A stretch of 64,000 bases of DNA. Source: Epiperipatus broadwayi (Eukaryota; Animalia; Onychophora). A program made the translations under genes and the position numbers. The stretch is taken from NCBI GenBank assembly GCA_028023455.1, contig JAQFVV010000009.1, positions 2,976,001 to 3,040,000 of the forward strand, in the 5' to 3' direction. Under the pieces are notes generated by a model that had not been told where the DNA came from, did no database searches, and worked only from the letters and a program-made list of their open reading frames with translations. Below are positions 1-13,249 of the stretch, piece after piece. Numbering within the stretch: position 1 is the stretch's first letter; every line of letters begins with the position of its first letter.

Positions 1-689
1 AGTGGTTTGATGTTTCAAACTTTGCAAATAACATTTCTGTTGGGATAGTGTAATGACTGGAACTTATTTAAATAGGTCGATTAATTGTGATTTTATATAG
101 TCTTAAAAAATCACATTTCCCTAGTCAAATATGCCTTTACTTTTAAACTTTAAAGATTTAAAATGTTTTAAGTAAAAATAACAATAATCAAGGATTCCAT
201 TAGTAGTTTACAAGAAAAATTAAAATTATATATATATTTAAAAATTAAAATTAATTTTCCATTAAGAAATTTTATCTATTTAATATATAAATATTGTTAA
301 CATTTTAAATATATTTACAAGTAAAAAATAAAACATCCAATTCCTACACACATCTTATTAATAAATAATACTCAATAGCAAATTACCTCAAATCTTAACT
401 ACTTACTGAAATGTTTTAAATGTTTATACTTGATATAAAAAATATAAATATTTTCATATGTGGTCATATGTATCAGTTGTATAAGATGGAGTGAAAATGT
501 AATTAAAAGGGATTGATAAACAAAATACTTATATTTGAATATTCAATATATTTATTCTAACGTTACTTTAAACAAAAAATAAAATTCAAAATCAATAATT
601 GGGAGATTTAAGTTTAAAAGTAAGAGATAGAAGAAAAAAATAGGAATGAAAATAGAGTTGATATGAAGTGCAAAAGTATATAAAAAAAG

Positions 690-915
690 AAAATAACAAT
701 AAAAACTTGTACATAAATCAATTTTTATAAGTTACAAGACATGGGTAAGAGAACAAACAAAATGAAACTAAGCTGAACATATTGCTAGACAAATATAAAA
801 AGAGACCATGAGTAAGATGGATGAATTACAAAATTTGCTGAAATGATGTGGAAAAAATATGAATCAGAGAAGTCTAATTAAAATTGAAGAGACTTTCATC
901 CAGCAGTTAAAAATG
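690..915 (+). mobile_element. RTE-clade LINE 3' end relic
   Basis: Degenerate C-terminal RTE motifs: gctgaacatattgctaga (~AGHIAR), agatggatgaattacaaaatttgctgaaatgatgtgg (~RW.D.I.K..G..W) and gaagagactttcatccagcag (EETFIQQ). Resembles the 3' ends at 33.2-33.4 kb and 63.4 kb. Boundaries approximate. Confidence 0.55.
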
Positions 916-1220
916 ATGATAATATATATACATAAAGACATACAATTTTCTGGAATTGTCTGTAATTTACTCTGAAAAATTATTAAACTATATACATGTG
1001 CTCTTTGATAAAAAGAAAATTGGTAAATTTGGTTCAATAAGACATTATAATCAAAGGTTAAACTATGAGTTACTGCCCTCATTTTTTTTTTTTTTTTCAG
1101 TTAGTGCATCAAAATTCACTGACCCAATTCAGATTGACCTGGCATTTCTATAGCTGAATATTCAATTATTTATCAATGTTAAATAATAACTACTCATTCT
1201 TATTGCATTGTCAAATGTAT

Positions 1221-1780
1221 ATCATATAATACTAAATTGTCCATTCACTTTTCTACTGTTACACAATGCTTTATTTACTACCCTTTTTTACAATTTACAG
1301 TTTCGATTGCCCCAGCAATCTTCTTCAGAACTTTATATTTCCTAGCCTCAACTCTAAATTCAAATGGTTAGGCTATATAAAGTTACTAAAACAGGCAAAA
1401 CTCTCCATACATACTGCCACTCAGTGCAAGCCAGAGTAATCAATGGATGCCAGAAGGCTTATGCATAAAATCCGCATCTAAATGGGGATTTTATGCATAA
1501 GCCTTCTGGCATCCATTGATTACTCTGGCTTGCACTAGATGGGGATTTTATGCACAAGCCTTCTGATATCCATTGATTACTCTGGCATGCACTGAGTGGC
1601 AATACGTATGGAGAGTTTTGCCTGTTTTAATAACAGTTATGAGCAAGCATAAGAAATGGTGATCATGTAAGATATAAAGTTCTGAAGATTGCTGAGGCAA
1701 TCAAAACTGTAAAAAAGGGTAGTAAATAAAGCATTATGTAACAGTAGTAAAGTGAATGGACAATTTAGTATTATATGGTG
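1221..1780. repeat. Fold-back locus: inverted arms (1221-1339 / 1672-1780) carrying family-E hammerheads, enclosing a palindromic piece of repeat family A (1388-1667)
   Basis: The reverse complement of the left arm matches the right arm (ataaagttctgaaga...tgtaaaaaagggtagtaaataaagcatt.tgtaacagtag.aaagtgaatggacaatttagtattatatg). The inner 1388-1630 segment is itself an inverted duplication of aaacaggcaaaactctccatac...gaaggcttatgcataaaatcc. Confidence 0.85.
1292..1333 (-). ncRNA. Type I hammerhead ribozyme, family E (core intact)
   Basis: Minus strand reads AAGUU-CUGAAGA-A-GAUUGC(UGGG)GCAAUC-GAAA-C-U-GUA^AAUU. Conserved CUGANGA and GAAA boxes, perfect 6-bp stem II, 4-bp stem I, minimal stem III, NUH site GUA. 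Predicted cut between 1296 and 1295. Confidence 0.65.
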
Positions 1781-1789
1781 TACCAATAT

Positions 1790-1935
1790 TAAATACTTAT
1801 TTAAACTATCTGAGGACTTATTGTCTCAAAGGAAAATCCTAAGCCTGGATTATCTAAAGTTCATATAATCTAGATTTAAAATCCAGGTCATGGAAGATGC
1901 AAACGCTAACTACTATATACAATGAAGTCCTTGTT
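1790..1935 (-). mobile_element. tRNA-derived SINE-like fragment
   Basis: Minus strand has degenerate A-box-like (tatagtagttagc) and B-box-like (ggattttaaatc) segments followed by a ggcttaggattttcc body. Heavily diverged. Confidence 0.35.
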
Positions 1936-3053
1936 ATGTTAGAATCAAGTACTATTTATTATTATGGATTAAAGCTTGTAATTTTCTACTACTAAATAAG
2001 TAAAATCTATTTCATCATCTTTTTATCTTTAAAATTTTGTGTATGTGTATACTAATATATATATATTAATAGAAAAAAAAAAGGATAAACAATAATTAAC
2101 ATTTATATATAAATATAATAATTAATTATTTGTCCTCTATCTAGATAGTCAACCAAGATATAGTTTTAGATCCTATTGTTCTTTGTACTTTAAAATTTTG
2201 ATAATATAAATTTTCACATTTTTTGGTTTTTGTACTTCTCATCTCAATTCCATCATATAGCAGCAACTCTCCACCAACACAGAAAGTCAGACTATCTTCT
2301 TTGAATAGCATGTATTTTATAAATAACCATTGCTCTATACATGAGCTAAAGATATCAAACATTTGAATTTCCAAGCCCTATGTTGACAGTTAAATAACTT
2401 TCACTCTCTGTCATTTTCATATATATACTTTTTATTATTAATTTTTAATGTTCATTTAATTACCTAAGATTTGTTTTTTTTTTTTTAAAGGAAAATATTT
2501 TTATCCGTGCAATTGTATATTTAATGAAAAATCATTTGATCATGATTTAAACAAAAAAATCAATCATTTTCATCACATAAATATTTTCATTTCTACACTA
2601 AAGTTGTTCCACAGTGAAAGTTTAATATAATTAAAAATTAGATATCTATTTGATATTTCTGAACAAATAAAGCTACAAATTTCAACCCCCCACCCAAAAC
2701 TCTAACATCCCGTGGAAAAATTCTATGAACATAAATATTTTATTCTTTCACATTAATTATATCATTTAAACACTATTTTCCATATAAGAACTTTCAAATA
2801 TTATTTTAACACAACATTGATTCTATTCATCCATTTGATAAATAAAAACTAAGATTACACCTAATTAAATTTATTAAATGCAATACATATTTTAATTTTA
2901 AAGGCCAACGCTAACATTCAGAAAAAAAATAGGCATCTAAAAACAGTACATTCTAAATTTGCATTTGACTTTTAATTTTTAAACATATTTTTTGATAATT
3001 CACATTAGCATAATATTTTTATAAATAAATAAATAATTGAATGCTTTATTTTT

Positions 3054-3124
3054 CAGGAATTCAAGATGTGACCTATACATCTTGAGCTTAAGTCCACAAC
3101 TCTATCACTGCACCGAACCAACCA
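3054..3124 (-). mobile_element. tRNA-derived SINE head (same family as 7948-8027)
   Basis: Shares ctctatcactgcac with 7948-8027. Minus strand gives the A-box-like ggtgcagtgatagag. Confidence 0.45.
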
Positions 3125-4870
3125 TACATGTCAATATTTTATAATTCTAAATAATAAAAAACATTATCAATTTATTTAAGTATTTGAAAGGGTAAAATTG
3201 TTTGAAAAGTCTATGTTTTTTTTTTAGTTCATTTTTTTACAAAATAGTGTAACAGCTCACAACTTTAATATTCAACAAGATGTATAATTATAAGTAAATT
3301 GTTTTTGTTTTTTTTTGTATTTTCATGAACCAATTGAAATAGTTCAATGAAAATAAAACTGCTTGAAGATATGCAAAAAGGAAAAGTAATATATGGATGA
3401 AAGCATATAATAACTATTGAAAGTCATATGATATTCTTCTTTTAAAAAAAATCATATCACAAATTGTAATACAGTATTTAAAAAAGGCCCACAACCTCAT
3501 ACTTTAAAAGTACTGTGAACTCAATTTGGACTTTTTTGAATAAAAAAATAATATATATATACTTCCAATATTACTCAAATATTTTTGCTTTTCATGCAAA
3601 AAAGTAAAAAAACTATATTAAGAGCTAAATCATAACATTATATAAAACAAATATCTTCCTGGACAAACACTGAATTAATATTTACTAATTAAGCAATTTT
3701 AAATTATAAATACATGTTGAACATATGAAAACCTAGTTTGAAAGTTCTTTTAATTTGAAAAAATTATGAGAGAGCATTTGTGCTATCCAAACAGTTTTGA
3801 TTTAAGATTAAGTCAAGTAACAGTTTATTTATCTTGAGTTTTTGAGGGAGGGAAATAGAACATAGCACAAAAATAAATTAACATACACATGTATTTTAAA
3901 AAAATTAAATTAAAAGCAATAATATTAACACAGTATAATTAATAAATAAATGTGCCTGATTTTTAAAAACCATATTTCCATTTTTTTTTTTTATTTATAA
4001 AAAGCGAATACCATTTTCTTACTGCAAGAAAGAATTTAAAAAAAACTTAAATTGCTAAATGCCATTAAAAAATTGGCCCAAACATTGCCATACACAAAAA
4101 AGGGTAACCATTAATATTTTTTTTTTTAATTAAAGAAATAAGGTATTAATTTAATGTTTAATAAAATAGATTAATTATAAAACTACCGCATATGAAATTT
4201 TATTAATATTTAATATTTGTTTAAGTTTCCAATTAGCATAAAGTATTTTAAAGACATGAAGGGTATATAATGAAAATAAAATGTGTATTAACTATATAAT
4301 ATTTTTTTAATAATAATAAAACATTAAGGAGGCAAAGCTTCAGAACTAAAGCTTCCAAAATAATACTAGTGAACTCAAAATGTTTTGTAAACATGTAATT
4401 AAAGATTTACATTTGTTAAAAAAAAAAAATTTGAGAATACCAAATTCTCTTTAAGAAATTATTGACAAAGACTGGATTGAAATAAATCAGAAGTCAACTT
4501 TCTAATTAAAGGATTGTTTATATCAACTTCAATTTCCAGATACAAAGATTGATTTTATTAAAACTCATTCTCAAACTTAATATTGATCAGATTTATTTTG
4601 CATAAGAATATGTAATGAATGGAAACAGAATCAGAAAGTTAATCATTATGTTGACAATTTAATACTTTATATAATTCCCACATATATATAAATCCATACT
4701 TATATAAAATAAAAATGTCATAAATATATACAGAAATTGTACAAAACATTTTAAATATATAACATTCAGAGCTAAATAATAATTCAGTTTAGAGGTACTA
4801 AAAAAAAGGGGGAAGGGTGAATGACATTTTTATTAGCAACAAATTCAAAAGTTATTTCTATGATCTACTA

Positions 4871-5944
4871 CCATGTTTCCCTGAAAATAAGACCTTGTTC
4901 CAAAAGACACTGTAGGTCTTATTTTCAGGGCATGCCTTATTTTTTCATATACAAAAATCTACATTTATTCAAGTACTTCCTTTTATAGAAAGCTGTAAGA
5001 ATTTTATCCAGGTCCCCCTACAATTCCTTTCTTATACTCACCAGAATAGCTTTCTTTTTGCATTCATCTTATCTGGTGATCAAAATATTATTCTGTTTAA
5101 ATTTACCATTAAATCAAGTGCTAATTAAAGATTTGTGAGACAGGAGTGGTAACAAAAATGATTACAGTTAAGAATAGTTTATCCACACAAAAGCAATAAA
5201 AAAGTGCAAGCACAAACATTTAGAAAATGTTTTTGTATTTCACATGTGCACATTAAGAATGTCCATTACGAAATATGGCGTATATAATTATGATAATTCA
5301 TATATGTTACAACCATATCCATCCATTATCAAGTATACAAATTTGTAAACACTTTCCAAATTACTTGCAATAGCCCACTGCTTGAGTATTCTTTTTAAAA
5401 ACTTTTTTTTAGGAAAAAGATTGATGATTTAGCTTAAGCTAAACTTTGATTTTTAAAATCACTACCATTATTTTAATCAAATCTTTTAGAAGAAAAAAAT
5501 GTTTAAGAAATCAAACTAATTTTTCTTTTATTTTGAATATTTAAAAAGCTACCATGCTAAAACTCTAAAACTAAATCAAGCCATTCCAAATTTAAGTATT
5601 AAATATAAATAAAATAAGTACCTAAATAATATATAAATGAAATTATGCATTGTTTGATATACTGACTTGTAATAGATAAATTGTTTCTTTATACAGGTAG
5701 AATTGCGTTTGTCAAAAATAGTTGACAGGAAAATACAAAAGAATCATATAATTTATATTACCATTGATTTAAAGTACTAATGTCAATATATTGTTTATTA
5801 TAAATTCATTACTTTATAATTCAATACATCCACTATATGCTGAACAAAAGCCCCCGATTTTAACTAGGGCTTATATTATAAGAATCATCAAAAATCATGC
5901 TGGGACTTATTTTCTAGTTAGGTTTTATTTACAGTGAAACACGG
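4871..5944. mobile_element. Non-autonomous pogo/Tigger-like (Tc1/mariner superfamily) DNA transposon
   Basis: Terminal inverted repeats ccatgtttccctgaaaataagacc ... gttttatttacagtgaaacacgg flanked by TA on both sides. Subterminal ggtcttattttcagggcatgccttatt motif typical of pogo-like elements. No intact ORF. Confidence 0.7.
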
Positions 5945-7947
5945 TATTTAATTGAAAAAAGAATAATTTTCTTTCATTCTTTAACAACAACAACTAAAAA
6001 AAAAAAAAAGGAGAGACAGAAGAGATTTTTTATTTTAAAATTTAATGTTAATTCAAGTTAATGATAAGAAAAAGGGATAGAAGGGATATCTTATTTTCAG
6101 TCATTTGAAATAAACTGATTTTACTTTGTCCCACTTTTTAAAATTGAATAATAAAAAATTCAATAGAATTAAAAAAATAAGTTACCTTTTCTAACATTCA
6201 TTAGTAGATGAATAAATTGTTTATTACAAGGTATCAATTATTTTAAATACTATTAGAAATATATTTCAAATAATGTTGAAATACTTTTGTTATGGCAACA
6301 TGTAAATATAATAATTCAAAGATGAAGTATTTTAATACATTACAACAATAAATAAAGGATTATATCTGTTCAAATTATGTGTAAATCAAATTAAGCAAAA
6401 AAATTAAAATAGACTACTTATGTAAGTTAGGAACGTTTTTGTTTAGGTTAGCTGAGTGTTGTTCAACTGAAATATTGAGGCTTAGTATGGTATGACAATG
6501 TCAATTCAGGGATAGTGCAAAAATGTAGTAATGAGCAGCACTGTACTATTTTTTATGCATATTATTGAATGTGTAAAAGCAAAAAGAGCATAATAAAGAT
6601 ATTTTCTGAGTTAAGAAACTGAAAATTTAAAATTAGAACATAAAAAAGTTGAAATGGATACATTCTGAATTGACATAACTTGAATATCCTTATCTTGCAA
6701 AAAAAAAGAAAGAAAGAAGCTTTTACTTATATTATTGCAATTTTTTATAATTTTATTTACACAACTAAAATCATTCGAGCAAGAAATATGATTATATCTT
6801 TCTATTGTTTCACTTATATTAAAAAATCTAGGAGTGACATCAAGTTCAAGCATTTTATTTATATGTATTGCAATTTCATTGCAGTTATTATTTATCAATT
6901 TTGTTATTGAATATCTACATGTAATTAAAATTATAAATTATTTAATATCTTCATAATAATTTTGTTGGAAAAAACCCATATACAATTTAAATTATTAAAA
7001 ACGTATTATATAAATTATTTATATGAAATAACTAATTATACATTTACAAAATATATAAAAAATTTGGGATGGCACAAAGAAAAATATACAAGTTAAGGCT
7101 GTCATTATTAGAAAAATATCAAAAACACTGAATTAGTTAGTAATAAATAATGTGAATGAAATAAATTAAATAATATTGGAGCATGATTAATTGGCTTAAC
7201 ATTATAATAGAAAAAAAAAAAGCGTTTAATTAACGCAATTTATCTGTTTTAACATGATTCCAAATGAAAAAAGTTGGGATTTAAAAATAAAGCAGAGAGT
7301 GAAAATAATACATAAAAAAATGTTTTGGCAATAACAAAAGAGGTTCAAACATAAATTAGAATTAGATATATTTCTGAAATTAATTAAAACTTAAATAGAG
7401 ATCAAGTGGATGCACTGTAAAAATAAATATTAAAAAGTGCCCAGAGAGAAATGCTACTTTAAAATGTAATATTTAGATTATTATAAAAAAATCTGCGACA
7501 TTATGTAAAAGTACTAAAAAGACTCTGCTGGATTGGGTTAAGAATAACTGATAACTATATTATTTCAATCTTCACTTATGGACCGGCTATTAAATTATTA
7601 TATCAACAGACTCAGTGACATATTCTCCACAAAAATTGGATATTATTCGTAATAATCCAAATACAAAGATTTTGATAAGTATATCAAGACATATTTGTAA
7701 TAGACTAATTTAAAGGTTTGTTCATTTTTTTAAGAGATAGAATAATATTATAAGTGACTAAAGATTTTGATCAGTAGGTAGAATACCAGATGTATTTTGT
7801 ATCACATATTTTAAATTGAGTTGTATGTTACAAAAGTTTTACTTCTGTGAAGCAGCTAGCTTCCTAGATGCTACATAATGAGTTCTTAAAAAAAAATCAA
7901 ATTGTTTTTTTTATTGGTTGAGATCATAAAAAGTTTGAGGACTGGAA

Positions 7948-8027
7948 GGACTAGAACTGGATTCGATTCCAGGAACTTGACATTCCACAGTCTTGGCACT
8001 CTATCACTGCACTCAGCCATGGAGGCC
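7948..8027 (-). mobile_element. tRNA-derived SINE head
   Basis: Minus strand ggctgagtgcagtgatagag (A-box-like) ... cctggaatcgaatccag (B-box-like). Confidence 0.5.
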
Positions 8028-10749
8028 ATTGAGTTTTTAATTTATATATTTTAAAATATAAAAGTAATATCAATTGCCTTTTTGAAACAGACCCACTGAT
8101 ACCATAATTATCATATTTGTAAAATTCATAATTAATAAATAATAAAGCATAATATAATTTTATATTTTAACTTTATACATAAATGAATTTTGTTTTATAA
8201 TTAGATAGCTAATTTTATACATATAAGTAGTATAGGTTGCAATTTAATCACAGGTGGGTTTAATGGAAGGTAAAATGGAATGAAGTCTTTTTGAAGATCT
8301 CACTTTTTCAAAGTACTTTAGATTAAATAATATATATATATAATCAAACATTTTATGTTAAATTAATTGTGACTTAATAAATAATAGAATTATTTATTAT
8401 TAGGAATTTTTTTATTAATCAAATAATTCTATTATTTGCTAAAACATGAATAATTTATTATAAAAAATTATCTTAGCAGACAAATAGGATTAATAAGTTT
8501 TTAAAAAAAAAATCTATGATAAGATTTCATTATCTTTCAAAAACTTTATTTTTATGTTTACCTATGAGCAAATAGTGATTTGTAGATATAAGAAAGGCAT
8601 CTTGAGATATTGATAAAGATTATTTATGTTTCCCTTACTGTTTAAGACTGCCCTTCAAAAATTCATTAATATTTAAATCAGATTATATGTAATATAATCT
8701 TTATGTGTAAATTAAAACATTATTTTAGAAAGTGACTGTGTTGTCTAAAAATAATCTTGCACCAGGGAAAGAAATTGGGCTCTAAAATGTTAAAATAATT
8801 TACATAGCTTTAAGGCATTCAAATAGAATAATTAATTACACTAAAAAAAAACAATTTTTTACTCCTCTTTCATCTTATACTTCCTCTATGCCTTGATTAA
8901 TTTTTATAAAAACAGATCCTCCTTTCTTTAATCACTTTAATAATGCCTATATTTTATTTTTACTTCATTAGTCTTATACTTTCGAAGAAGACTACTGGTC
9001 AGTTGAAACAGTAAGATTGCTCAAGTAAAAATAAAATATAATGTTTAAACGATTAAAGAAAAGAAGATTTTTTTTTAAATAAACAAACAATTTAATGAAA
9101 AGATATGAATGATTATTTGTCTGACTGTAAGATAAGTTTTTAGTTTGAAATAATATTGTTGCATCACATCTTCATGATAAAAAACAAGAGGCTTGGCCAA
9201 AAATTATCTATTGTGAAGAACCCAAGTTTTATTATTATTTGGTATAAAGAAGTTATGCTAATATATATTTTAAGTGAACTTGCAGCATGTATATATGTGT
9301 ATACATACACACATATGTATTATTTAGATTCTAATCTATTTATTGACTTTTTCTCTGTATTTAAACAATATAATATAGAAAATGAAATGTTAATTGAATA
9401 AAATTAACTTAAATAATAAGTAGTAACAAACAAAAGTTAAACAGGAAACAAAAATTGCTGATTTGGCAAAAAAAAATTTTGATTACAGAGATTTTGAAAA
9501 CTCTCTCTATATTTTTTTTTAAAGTGCATAGTCAAAAGAGAGTTTGGAAAAATTATTATGGCGCAATACATAAAAGGAAACTGAATAAAATATAAATGTA
9601 AAACTAATACTAATATCAATATACTTCTATTTGAAAATAAATTAAAAAACATTCTTATATAAAACTAGACTAAATTCAAATGTTTTAAAGCTGTTAATAT
9701 GAGTATTTTTTGTTACAGAATTCTCTAAAATGCTTGACTAAAGTCACAGCAAGAAGCTTTAAGTTACCCACTAGTCTGATTCTTTTATTTTTTCAATATC
9801 GATTGGTGAAATTAACTTCAAAAGAATTTTTTTAAAAAAAAAAAAAAGATTCATTTTGTTATCTTATAAAATCTAACTTCTTTCTTTTAGAATAAAAATC
9901 TTGTGTAATTGTTGCTAATTATAACTTGCCCATGTTTCAAAGATTTCAGTTATAATCTTTTTTTCCAAAAAAGATTTTATGATCAACTTTTAAATACATA
10001 TATATATATAAAACATCAACATGCAGCAATGACAAAGTTAAAATTTTTGGGAATCTATACTAAATTTGAAAAAAAAAAAAAAGACTCTTTTTAATATTTA
10101 TAATATATATCTTAAAACTTTTCTGAAAATATATATAACAACCAAACAAAAAACTGATATTTAATAAATTTTATCACTTAATTAAAATCAATTTTATAGA
10201 AAAAGACTTTATTGCCTTTGCCATGGCAAAAGTTTCTATTATATTCTTTACATCTATTTTAGATATTTCTTGATATTCCAATAAGGTGAAAAAGGTAGTT
10301 TAATCAAGACTGTCCAGTTATATTTGTATCATTTTAAATGTATGAAATGATCTTTCTACAGTTGCAATTAATATATAAATTGTTAAAATAAATAAATGAA
10401 ATTATATAAATTAAAATAAGAGAAAATCATTTTTTAAAGAACAATATTTTTGCAATAATAGATTTTCAAAATCCTAAATTCTCATTAAGCAGTTCTTGAA
10501 CAATTGTATATGTAAAATATGTATTTATTAAAATTAAGCATATAAAGTTAAAATTAGTTGTTATCTGATTAACAGGAATCTGGTTTATAATGCAATTAAA
10601 CAAAACAAACTAAATAATCAGATAATGAAAAGAATTTAATTAGCAAAACATCAATTTAATTACTAAATTATAATTGTCCAATTAATTAAAAACCACCCTG
10701 ATCTTACAAAATTAGAATTACTCCAGAAAACAAACAGATAGGGGGGGGG

Positions 10750-11379
10750 TAGTTGAAAAGAAGAGTTAGTGCATTCTGGCAAATCTGTAAGAGCTAGTGC
10801 TAAGAGGAAGCAGTGTGGGAATTGTGAATCACCCAGGATTTTGGCTCCTGAAGATTAAGCAAGCAGATTAGTTTCTTTTACAGATCACCTGACTCAGGGG
10901 CCACTAAGGATTTGAAGATGCTAGATTGCGAAGGTAATCATTTATACCTTATATTGATTAATGAGGCATTTAGAACAGAAAAGCTTTATACGCTCAGAAT
11001 TATAGTAATTTATTATACCCTTTGTCTTGCTAACATAGCTTGGTGTGGACCGGCTCAATAATATTTATATATATCATATGTCTAACCCAGAACAGTTGAG
11101 AGCTTTTAGTGGTGTGTATATACTTGGGTTAAACACCCATGTGCTAGAACAGTGTTCTGCCTTATTAGATTCGTTTCCTCACGTTAACTATATCAATATG
11201 CTGCACACATGTAGATTCAGGCATGCCATCGGATGATGAATTGCTACCTTCACTATAAACCAAATGTTATGCTTAATATATATGCTAAATGAATAAATTA
11301 TGTTTTTAATTTAACCTGTATTACTAATTGTCATTTCTTGCTATAAACTAGTTAGTGAATTAATATTCATACACTATAA
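10750..11379 (+). repeat. Left LTR of the Gypsy element
   Basis: 10837-11321 aligns with 15295-15824. Followed by PBS-like ttgacgag and the gag relic. The exact left edge is inferred from the preceding G-tract. Confidence 0.75.
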
Positions 11380-13151
11380 TTGACGAGTCAATATACAGCA
11401 ATCTGGCACAAATTAGATGAACCTAAAACCATAGTGAAAATTAGCGATTAATTATAAAATGTCAGTTTTTGGACAAAACATTTAAGAGTTCGATGTGGAC
11501 AATGCTGCCGATTGGCCAATATATTTATCACAAGTTGAACATTTCTTCATTTTAAATGGGATTGAAGACAATAAGCGCTAAGTAAGTAGCCACACTCTTA
11601 TGCTTCTCTGGGAAAAAAATTATTGAAATCTCCAATAAATTATATTAAAATCCCATAGCTGAGAATGTACCATTTAAAGAATTAACCAAAAAAACTAAAA
11701 AATTTTAGTCCTCGCCCATTCCACTACATAGCACACCTACAGCCAAGAAATTGGAAACTAAACAATAAAACAACCAAACAATATAATTTAGACTTGAGGA
11801 GTTAGCGAAAAATTGTACTTATGGGAATTTTGTAGAAGAAATATTATTAGATCAGCTACTATGGGGAATGTCTGACGACAAGCTCAGACAACAGTTGTTT
11901 ACAGAAACAGACCTAACCAACAAAAGTGCTATAAAGAAAGGAATAGCTTATGAGCTAATTTTAGAATAGGCACCGGCTTTTATATCAAAAGATAAAATTA
12001 ACGAGCAAGTTTTTAAAATCGATAAAACAGAGGTAAGTTTATTCAAACGTAAATCTCAAAGAAATAACAAAAATTAAATGCTACAGCTGAGGGAAAATAG
12101 GCCATACAGCTAGATTGTAAATGGAAACAATAAATGTGTCGCAAATGTGGAAACAAGGGCCATCTAGCATGCACATGCAGGAAATGGAGGGACCCCAAAA
12201 CCCAAAAGTGAAATCAAGCACATGAAAATAGGGGAGGTAAACCCGTTAATACACACATAGTCAAAAATATGAAAATGAGGGAGTGCAGAAATTCATAATG
12301 GAATTGCAAATCGGTGATAAAAATATTAGAATAGAGATAGCAGGTCAGGTATTTCCATAATGTTAAAAGTAGACTGGAGAGGATTATCAGCTACTAACCC
12401 CAGCATTAAAATAGAGGAAACTAATATTAGAGCTCAGGATGTGAGTAGAAACACCTTGAAATTATTGGGTTGAGTAAAAGCACCAATCAGAGTCCAATAA
12501 TAGGAAGGTAATAGTTTTCAGCAATAGGAATAAAGTTAATATAGTGAAAAAAATTTACTATAAAACAAGGAATACAAAGTAAATACCCTGATCTATCTAG
12601 TGAAGAATTAGTTTAATAGCAACTACCACAGCTCATGTAGAGTTAATAGAAAAGGCATGCCCAGTTATCTGCAAACCACAGACAATTCCTTTCACATCGA
12701 GGTAAAAAGTTTAGAAAATTCAAGAATTGGTCTCCAAGGGCATCCTGACACCGTGGAAACATCAGACTGGGCCACCCCTACAGCCAAATATGTATTATGT
12801 TGATTATAGAGTGCCAGTGAATAAATATTTAAATAAAGGGGCATATCCCATACCAAATGTAAGAGAGGTACTGGCCAGTCTGAAAAATGCATCACATTTT
12901 GCTAAACTAGATTTAAACTCCACATTTTTATCAAATACCAGTGATAGACAGGTCAGCGGAAATATTAACATTAACAACATCGGTGGGACTGTTTAAATAC
13001 AATAGGCTTCCATTTGGGATATCATCAGCACTGAATATCTTACAAGCAAAAATAGACATTTTATTACAAGGCTTAGATGACATCATACCATATTTCGACA
13101 ACATACTCATTTTGTATCTTCTGAAGAGATGCTGCATCAAAGACTATGTAA

Positions 13152-13249
13152 AGTATACACCAAAGTACAAGAATTTGGGGTGAAGTTAAATATGCAAAAA
13201 AGTATACACCAAAGTACAAGAATTTGGGGTGAAGTTAAATATGCAAAAA
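13152..13249 (+). repeat. 49-bp tandem duplication inside the Gypsy RT
   Basis: agtatacaccaaagtacaagaatttggggtgaagttaaatatgcaaaaa occurs twice head-to-tail and shifts the reading frame. Confidence 0.95.

Noticed and set aside
1100-1153. T-tract acceptor followed by VSASKFTDPIQIDLAFL*
   Set aside because: No upstream exon or recognisable homology; T tracts followed by CAG are common in this sequence.
1809-1862. Hammerhead-like CUGAGGA-CUU..AAG-GAAA-AUCC..GGAU-UA on the plus strand
   Set aside because: Stems II and III can be drawn, but there is no stem I, stem II starts with C-G, and the segment is the antisense of a SINE-like body.
2141-2374. 77-aa minus-strand ORF with a WW-like tail (LYYQNF..KTISWL)
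   Set aside because: No first Trp/Pro motif, no splice sites, and it lies on the wrong side of the coiled-coil exon for a YAP WW domain.
8972-9010. 39-nt plus-strand exon-like segment (SYTFEEDYWSVET|gtaaga)
   Set aside because: Two frames are open, there is no homology and no partner exon can be supported.
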